Virus record (IMG/VR): IMGVR_UViG_3300016476_000088
Coordinates: 1-29,459 of that record
DNA length: 29,459 bases
Direction: 5' to 3' (one strand)
DNA from: a virus
Under the pieces are notes generated by a model that searched no databases, was not told where the DNA came from, and worked only from the letters and a program-made list of their open reading frames with translations. Below, piece after piece: positions 24,909 to 29,459 of this stretch; position 1 is the stretch's first letter; each line of letters starts with the position of its first letter. The translations under genes and the position numbers were made by a program.

Positions 24909-25187
24909 TTAGAATGGTAAATCTGTTTTGTGTTCTTCGTGTTCTTGTTGGTTTACTGCATATTCTTTCTTAGTAAATGCATACTCCTTACCACGACCAC
25001 AATAGTTTTTCTTTTTCTTTTCGGCTCTTTCTTCAACGGATTGATTGTTCCATACATTATGAGTATTTCCTTTATCGTCTACATCTTTTAAGTAGTCCGT
25101 AGCGATGTTTGCGTAGTGTTTTACTCCGTTTTTAGTTTGAACTGGCTTCCAGTTGATCTCCTCTTGGCAAATGTTTAATACTAACAT
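24909..25187 (-). CDS. Hypothetical protein ending in an SSB-like C-terminal tip (…TDLPF)
   Basis: The acidic tail EHEEHKTDLPF resembles the bacterial SSB DDD(I/L)PF tip. It lies in the recombination module near recT. Confidence 0.4.
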   Translation of the reverse strand: MLVLNICQEEINWKPVQTKNGVKHYANIATDYLKDVDDKGNTHNVWNNQSVEERAEKKKKNYCGRGKEYAFTKKEYAVNQQEHEEHKTDLPF

Positions 25188-25189
25188 AA

Positions 25190-25357
25190 TTATTGGTTTT
25201 TGTTTATTAATGTTTCTTCAATTTTGTTTTGTGTTTGTAAATCTTCTTCTAATTCTTCTTCATCTTCTTCTTCCCAATCGCAATGTTCTAAGCAATCTGG
25301 GCAAATATCTATTTCTGGGTAATTAGTGTGCGCACCGCAACAAGTTGAAAATGGCAT
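25190..25357 (-). CDS. 55-aa Cys-rich, strongly acidic protein
   Basis: Hand-translated as MPFSTCCGAHTNYPEIDICPDCLEHCDWEEEDEEELEEDLQTQNKIEETLINKNQ. It fills a gap on the coding strand. Confidence 0.45.
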   Translation of the reverse strand: MPFSTCCGAHTNYPEIDICPDCLEHCDWEEEDEEELEEDLQTQNKIEETLINKNQ

Positions 25358-25359
25358 AA

Positions 25360-25602
25360 TTAATTATTAAAGTTTTCAAATTCTTCCGTTAAATCAGCTA
25401 ACCTTACATATGGTATTGTTTCACGTTTAGGTTGAACTAATAATTCTGGAAAGTGTTTACGTTTGTGGTTTTTTAAATGTTCTTTGGCAATATTTAGCTT
25501 CTCCATTATTTCTCTTGCGTTGTGCGGATTGCTTGTTTCAAACTTATATTCCCAAAATTTAACATTTTCTCTTAGATCCCATAGTTTTTGTAATGGTGTC
25601 AT
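25360..25602 (-). CDS. Hypothetical protein
   Basis: ORF on the coding strand, with an ATGA overlap with recT. Confidence 0.4.
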   Translation of the reverse strand: MTPLQKLWDLRENVKFWEYKFETSNPHNAREIMEKLNIAKEHLKNHKRKHFPELLVQPKRETIPYVRLADLTEEFENFNN

Positions 25603-26309
25603 AAAGATTGTTTTTTCTTAGTAAATAATTTAGTTATTTCTTTATCGACTAACTGTTGGTTTAAAGTGTAAAGTTCAGCTAATTCATTTGTATTTACGCA
25701 TAAATCAATAGCTAATTCTAAATCTTCTAAATTATCGTGCGATTTAATATACGAAGGCTTTTCATCGCTTTGTGCCATTTCATCTCCAGTATAAAGACCA
25801 CTTAAATCTTGTGGATATGCCTTGCGTAAAGCTAAAGCCTCTGCAACCTTAGATAGCATAGTATGTGGCATTTTTGCCCATAGTCCCATTGGTTTGCCAT
25901 CGTTTGTTCTTTGTACGTACTCATCCCAATAAGCTACTCCAACTGCCGCTTCGTATCTAAGATCGTTATGGAATCTAAATACCGATACCTTACAAGATAT
26001 TAACTTGCCGTCTTTTTCATCAAAGATAGGCTCTGATTGACCGCCATAGTTACCGCTACGTTCTGCGATTACTCGGAATCCGTCAATACTTGTTTGAATG
26101 GTCATCTTTTTAGTCCACCCAGTAGGAGTCTTTACGTTCCTATGAATGCAATAGATTTGTCTTGATAATGCATCCAAGCCAGTTCTTTGTGCTTGGTAAA
26201 GAAAGAGTTTTAATTCATCAACTGTTGCCTCTGGTGCAATCTGTGATTTGATTAACTCGACTTGATCCTTTGTGTAGGATAATTGCTGCTTTTTAGCTAC
26301 TTCGTTCAT
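25599..26309 (-). CDS. recT: RecT/Bet-family single-strand annealing recombinase
   Basis: LFLYQAQRTGLDALSRQIY, SIDGFRVIAERSG, VAYWDEY and MLSKVAEALALRKAYPQDLSGLY are RecT-family hallmarks. Confidence 0.85.
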   Translation of the reverse strand: MNEVAKKQQLSYTKDQVELIKSQIAPEATVDELKLFLYQAQRTGLDALSRQIYCIHRNVKTPTGWTKKMTIQTSIDGFRVIAERSGNYGGQSEPIFDEKDGKLISCKVSVFRFHNDLRYEAAVGVAYWDEYVQRTNDGKPMGLWAKMPHTMLSKVAEALALRKAYPQDLSGLYTGDEMAQSDEKPSYIKSHDNLEDLELAIDLCVNTNELAELYTLNQQLVDKEITKLFTKKKQSL

Positions 26310-26360
26310 ATTGGTTTGTTTTAGAGTTTAAAATTAAGGTCTTTTCTGTTAATAACCAAA

Positions 26361-26798
26361 TTAAACTAAGACATTTAAGTTGAAAACATCCTTTTTTATT
26401 GAATCGTCAAATTTGTTGGTTAATTGACCTTGAATCTTTTGGATTGAGTGTAAAACAGTTGTGCGATCCCTATTGAAGATTTTACCTATTTCTTCCCCAT
26501 TTAACTCTGTTTTGTCTTTAGTTAAATACATCGCCATTTGTCTTGCCAATGCTACTTCATCGCCTCTGTATTTGCTCATTAATTGTCCATAACTGATTTG
26601 GTAGTATTCGCATACCTTTTCAGCGATTGTAATTGCGTACTCTTTTTGTTCTTGTTTGTCCATTCTGATAGTTTTTATGTTTAAATGTTTGTCTAATAAA
26701 TCCTTTAATTTTTCTATTTCTTTCTTTAGCGCTTTGTTCTTATCTCGCAAAACCTCTATTTCAAGTTCTGCCATATACGCTTTGTGTACTTCTTTCAT
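26361..26798 (-). CDS. Coiled-coil protein with a DnaA C-terminal (domain IV) DNA-binding domain
   Basis: EYYQISYGQLMSKYRGDEVALARQMAMYLTKDKTELNGEEIGKIFNRDRTTVLHSIQKI aligns by eye with E. coli DnaA [60 protein letters not shown]. There is no AAA+ domain. Confidence 0.8.
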   Translation of the reverse strand: MKEVHKAYMAELEIEVLRDKNKALKKEIEKLKDLLDKHLNIKTIRMDKQEQKEYAITIAEKVCEYYQISYGQLMSKYRGDEVALARQMAMYLTKDKTELNGEEIGKIFNRDRTTVLHSIQKIQGQLTNKFDDSIKKDVFNLNVLV

Positions 26799-27094
26799 TA
26801 AAAATGCATTAAGTTGATTGGTAACATAAATTGTTCTGTAATCTCGTAAAGGTCAAGTATGATAAAATGATAGCTTTTAAGGATTCTACGCTGGATCTGG
26901 TTCATTCTGGCAATCTTGATCAATATATCTTCTTCGCTTATCATTGTCCTTGTAGTATCAAGACCTTGCCTCCATAACGATAAATCGCCATCAAATATTG
27001 CTTGTCTTCTTTGCGCTTCCTTTAGAAGTTTCAGTAGTAATGTTGCCCTTTGGTGCAACTTTAACTGTTTCTCTTGGTAGATTAGTTTGCTCAT
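26798..27094 (-). CDS. Hypothetical helical protein with an uncertain start
   Basis: TAATG coupling to the DnaA-IV gene supports the 3' part. The first ~104 nt overlap the RHH ORF in another frame. An internal Met at 26944 is an alternative start. Confidence 0.4.
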   Translation of the reverse strand: MSKLIYQEKQLKLHQRATLLLKLLKEAQRRQAIFDGDLSLWRQGLDTTRTMISEEDILIKIARMNQIQRRILKSYHFIILDLYEITEQFMLPINLMHF

Positions 27095-27209
27095 ATTGTT
27101 TTAGGATTTTATAAATTAACTTACTAAGTGTGATTCCTTTTGAGTCTGCTTCTCTTTGCAGATTAGTCTTGATTTGTTGGCTTATTAATGCCGTTACTAT
27201 TGTTTTCAT
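26991..27209 (-). CDS. Ribbon-helix-helix (Arc/CopG-like) DNA-binding protein
   Basis: KTIVTALISQQIKTNLQREADSKGITLSKLIYKILKQY fits a strand-helix-helix layout. The C-terminal tail is low complexity and overlaps the next ORF. Confidence 0.5.
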   Translation of the reverse strand: MKTIVTALISQQIKTNLQREADSKGITLSKLIYKILKQYEQTNLPRETVKVAPKGNITTETSKGSAKKTSNI

Positions 27210-27330
27210 ATATTGCTTTTATTCCTTCTGCTAATTCTTTACAAGCTACTACTGTTTCTTTAACGTAGCCGTTTGGCATTGCTTTTAATTGCGTATCTAA
27301 TGTATAGATAAAGGTTTCTATTGCATCCAT
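27163..27330 (-). CDS. 55-aa hypothetical protein
   Basis: Hand-translated as MDAIETFIYTLDTQLKAMPNGYVKETVVACKELAEGIKAIYENNSNGINKPTNQD. It has a TAATG start overlap. Its 3' end overlaps the RHH start by 47 nt. Confidence 0.35.
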   Translation of the reverse strand: MDAIETFIYTLDTQLKAMPNGYVKETVVACKELAEGIKAIYENNSNGINKPTNQD

Positions 27331-27476
27331 TATATATCTTTATTAATTGTGATTAAAAAGCACAAGAACATAATGTGATGGTGTTCAGTTGTGCCAAGTG
27401 TTAAATAATTAAACTTTCTTGTTGTTTTTGTTTTGTAGTAGCCAAAGGCTAACATTGGGTAAGTTTTGATGTTCAT
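27330..27476 (-). CDS. 48-aa hypothetical protein
   Basis: Hand-translated as MNIKTYPMLAFGYYKTKTTRKFNYLTLGTTEHHHIMFLCFLITINKDI. It has an ATGA overlap at the start and a TAATG overlap at the stop. Confidence 0.35.
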   Translation of the reverse strand: MNIKTYPMLAFGYYKTKTTRKFNYLTLGTTEHHHIMFLCFLITINKDI

Positions 27477-27619
27477 ATTTTATTGTTTTTAGGTTTTTTG
27501 CTAACTGGTGGAGGTGGCGGAATTCTATTACTATTACTTTCAATTAAAATTTTCCAATTAAGTAATATAAATACAAGTGAACATACTAAAAATACAATCA
27601 TAAATAATAAGTAAATCAT
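27473..27619 (-). CDS. Small single-TM protein with a PPPPP/basic tail
   Basis: MIYLLFMIVFLVCSLVFILLNW...RIPPPPPVSKKPKNNKI. I prefer the Met at 27619, which is 2 nt after the upstream stop. The track start at 27664 lies inside the upstream small ORF. Confidence 0.45.
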   Translation of the reverse strand: MIYLLFMIVFLVCSLVFILLNWKILIESNSNRIPPPPPVSKKPKNNKI

Positions 27620-27621
27620 AA

Positions 27622-27750
27622 TTAAATGTTTTGAAGGATTGCGGTAATAATAAATGCCACGCATACAATGATAAATGCGTACATAGGCTTAATGCTTTCT
27701 TGTTGGTAGCGTTCGTTAGCCTTTTCTTGTGGTGTTTTTAGTCTGTTCAT
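27622..27750 (-). CDS. 42-aa single-TM protein, the first gene after the control region
   Basis: Hand-translated as MNRLKTPQEKANERYQQESIKPMYAFIIVCVAFIITAILQNI. Confidence 0.4.
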   Translation of the reverse strand: MNRLKTPQEKANERYQQESIKPMYAFIIVCVAFIITAILQNI

Positions 27751-27774
27751 ATTGGTTGTTTTGGTTTATGAAAT

Positions 27775-27808
27775 CAAAGATAGTGTAAAAACTTATAACT
27801 TTATCAAA
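27775..27808 (-). promoter_or_regulatory. Candidate Bacteroidota-type promoter (-33 TTTG, -7 TAnnTTTG)
   Basis: On the minus strand TATCTTTG (27782-27775) lies 24 nt upstream of the ATG at 27750. TTTG is at 27808-27805 with a 22-nt spacer, slightly long for the family. Confidence 0.3.
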
Positions 27809-27847
27809 CAAAGCAATTATTTTTTATAATTGTGATGAACGGCAAAT

Positions 27848-27878
27848 AATAAGGATAAATGGTAATATTTTCCTTATT
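27848..27878. promoter_or_regulatory. Inverted repeat AATAAGGA-N15-TCCTTATT in the control region
   Basis: Read directly from the sequence. The left arm with its flank contains TTATCCTTAT on the minus strand (27858-27849), identical to 23964-23973. Confidence 0.4.
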
Positions 27879-27906
27879 TGCATGAATTTTTCCAATTTTT
27901 CATGCA
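27879..27906. promoter_or_regulatory. Inverted repeat TGCATGAA-N12-TTCATGCA (operator candidate)
   Basis: Perfect 8-bp arms read directly from the sequence. It lies upstream of the promoter candidate. Confidence 0.4.
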
Positions 27907-27935
27907 TTTTATGATATGCTTTTGTCCAGTTTATT

Positions 27936-27972
27936 AAAAAAAACGCCACCCCAATAAGACTAAAGGGATGGC
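27936..27972 (-). terminator. Rho-independent terminator (second of a tandem pair)
   Basis: Minus strand reads GCCATCCC-loop-GGGGTGGC (8 bp with one G.U) followed by TTTTTTTT. Confidence 0.65.
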
Positions 27973-28000
27973 TTACCAATATGAACTATGCAAATATATA

Positions 28001-28027
28001 AAAAAACCCCAGCTTTTTACACTGGGG
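28001..28027 (-). terminator. Rho-independent terminator (first of a tandem pair)
   Basis: Minus strand reads CCCCAG-TGTAAAAAG-CTGGGG followed by TTTTTT, 18 nt after the stop at 28045. Confidence 0.7.
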
Positions 28028-28044
28028 AACATATGAACCAACAA

Positions 28045-28314
28045 CTATTTTGATCCATCTTGAAGCGGAACATTATTCGAATTATCTACCCTCCTATAAC
28101 CTTCTTTCCACAAAATCTTACATAAAGTTACACTTTTGTCCACAATTGCTTCCTCGCTATCGTCTGGGTAAAGCAGATGTAAACACTCGTGCAAGATAAT
28201 CTCCATATGTTTTTTGCCTTTTAGTCTTGGATCAAGATAAACAACGCCATCGCTATCAGCCATTCCATATGCCTTTTCACGACCTAATTTCTTATGTACA
28301 ACCTTAATCTTCAT
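28045..28314 (-). CDS. Small HExxH zinc-metallopeptidase-like protein
   Basis: ILHECLHLL contains HExxH in an 89-aa protein. It is the last gene before the tandem terminators. Confidence 0.45.
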   Translation of the reverse strand: MKIKVVHKKLGREKAYGMADSDGVVYLDPRLKGKKHMEIILHECLHLLYPDDSEEAIVDKSVTLCKILWKEGYRRVDNSNNVPLQDGSK

Positions 28315-28495
28315 CTTTCATATCTAATAAGTCAAGTCTATCAACTTCTTTAAATAATATTATTTCGCCACCACGAATCTTGCCTAACGCTATTTTTATA
28401 TCCTGCTCGATATCGTAAATGTCTTGCAGCTTATTAACCAACCAAGTTTCTTGCTCGGATGGTTTTAGTTTGTTGAAATTTTTTGGGTATCTCAT
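28304..28495 (-). CDS. Hypothetical protein
   Basis: ORF on the coding strand, overlapping both neighbours. Confidence 0.4.
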   Translation of the reverse strand: MRYPKNFNKLKPSEQETWLVNKLQDIYDIEQDIKIALGKIRGGEIILFKEVDRLDLLDMKDED

Positions 28496-29205
28496 AATAA
28501 AATTAAATTTGTTTTATTTATTGAATTTGAATTTAACATATTTTTTAAAGTGCTATAATTATAGTTATACATTTCAGCAGCTTCTCTTATAGAGTAATTA
28601 AATACGCCATTTTCTAAATTTAAAACTTGTTTACTTGATTTATGATTTTCTCCTTTTACTGCTATTGATTTCATTAATTTTCTTTGTCTAATCTTCCATT
28701 CCTCACTTCTTTTAACACCATACATAGGGTTTAATTCACCTTTTAAGAATTCTATACCTTTATTCCAAGATGGTTTATTTTTTCTTGGATGTTCATTTAA
28801 TTTCCAGTAATCCTTACTTTTTTTAGATAATATCTGTTTTTGCTTATCTGATATTACCTTATTTTTATGCGACAATCCTATTTTCTTTTTAGTTTCATCA
28901 GACATATTAGTATATGTATCATCAATTTTTGGCAATGAAAGATTTAGTCCATTTTTACCAATTACATCATACTTTTTGCCATATATGAATTCATACTCAT
29001 TTCTATCAATTTCATCGCACATATATACTATTTCAAAAGTATGATTTTCAAAACCATATTTTTTTAATGAATGATATAGTTTTGTTTGATTAATACATCT
29101 TAAATTTTTATATTTTGACTTTCTACCGACTAAATCAATAGTTGATCCAATATAAATTTTACCTTTTGGATTTGTTATTTTATATATGTAAGTTATTCTA
29201 CCCAT
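28492..29205 (-). mobile_element. Free-standing GIY-YIG homing endonuclease gene with NUMOD3-like repeats and a C-terminal NUMOD1-like HTH
   Basis: YIYKITNPKGKIYIGST...R...Y is the GIY-YIG motif. The C-terminus is FNYSIREAAEMYNYNYSTLKNMLN. It is paralogous to 14677-15327. Confidence 0.85.
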
Positions 29206-29386
29206 TATGTATTTGTTCTAACTTTTTAAGATAAATAATAGCATCTTGTAATTCTTCTCTTAAATGTGTTATCCATTGAGCAGTTGTTAAATCCTTACGA
29301 TCCATAGTTGTACCATAAGTTTCTAAACCTTTTGCTTCCCTTTGGCGCATATCTTCTATTACTTGTGTTAGTACTTCGCTATCCAT
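29198..29386 (-). CDS. Small MazG-like / dNTP pyrophosphohydrolase-like helical protein (tentative)
   Basis: GLETYGT...W..HLREELQDAIIYL resembles the G..kYG...EE..D...Y pattern of small phage MazG-like proteins, as I recall it. Confidence 0.3.
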   Translation of the reverse strand: MDSEVLTQVIEDMRQREAKGLETYGTTMDRKDLTTAQWITHLREELQDAIIYLKKLEQIHNG

Positions 29387-29459
29387 TATTTATCAGTTTT
29401 AGAGTGAAATTTATTACAAGTCTTGCACTTATATTGGATTCTCGTTAAACCAGTAGCCG
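29386..29459 (-). CDS. C-terminal end of the wrapped exonuclease ORF (...TATGLTRIQYKCKTCNKFHSKTDK*)
   Basis: The frame is continuous with 1-689 after collapsing the 22-nt duplication. The stop at 29386-29388 overlaps the next ATG (TAATG). Confidence 0.75.
   Translation of the reverse strand, partial: ATGLTRIQYKCKTCNKFHSKTDK
29438..29459. repeat. Second copy of the terminal 22-nt direct repeat
   Basis: Identical to 1-22. Confidence 0.85.

Noticed and set aside
27473-27664. The full-length 63-aa version of the ORF, starting at 27664
   Set aside because: The first 15 codons lie out of frame inside the 42-aa TM ORF that starts right after the promoter candidate. A Met 2 nt after that ORF's stop gives a cleaner arrangement. 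The longer form cannot be excluded.
1-29459. Lysogeny module (integrase, CI/Cro switch, attP)
   Set aside because: No ORF shows tyrosine or serine recombinase motifs and there is no divergent promoter architecture. The RHH and HTH proteins alone do not support a temperate lifestyle.

Overview
The window appears to be a complete, circularly closed genome (about 29.44 kb) of an AT-rich tailed dsDNA phage. Bases 1-22 are repeated exactly at 29438-29459, and one minus-strand ORF is intact only when read across that junction. Every credible gene is on the minus strand; all plus-strand ORFs in the track look like antisense shadows.

In the direction of transcription (high to low coordinates):
- A single large non-coding control region (27751-28044) holds two tandem intrinsic terminators, two inverted repeats and a Bacteroidota-type promoter candidate.
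- An early module of many tiny membrane or unknown proteins follows, with an RHH regulator, a stand-alone DnaA domain-IV homologue, RecT, a protein carrying an SSB-like C-terminal tip, an HTH_39-like protein, a replisome-organizer-like protein with repeats inside its own gene, a NinG/Rap-like protein and a ParB-like nuclease.
- Next come packaging genes (TerS, TerL, portal, MuF-like) and the HK97-type head genes (protease, major capsid).
- A free-standing GIY-YIG homing endonuclease sits directly after the capsid terminator.
- Then the head-tail joining genes and a siphovirus-type tail: major tail protein, G/GT chaperone with an A10 -1 frameshift site, tape measure, two distal tail proteins, and a 1311-aa fibre with an S74 chaperone domain.
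- A lysis cassette has four small membrane proteins plus a lysozyme.
- The unit ends with a PolB-type exonuclease, a MazG-like protein, a second GIY-YIG endonuclease and a small HExxH protein.

I saw no integrase, CI-like repressor, DNA polymerase, primase, helicase, tRNA or CRISPR. Start codons lack Shine-Dalgarno motifs, which together with the TAnnTTTG-type promoter candidate suggests a Bacteroidota (Flavobacteriia-like) host. That is inference only.

The candidate I consider most novel is a replication-control arrangement. A coiled-coil protein with DnaA domain IV is paired with a cluster of DnaA-box-like TTATCC repeats, a 14-bp palindrome and GC-rich iterons. These lie in the linker of the replisome-organizer gene, and one 10-mer recurs in the early control region. 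All homology calls come from motif recognition by eye; no searches were run.
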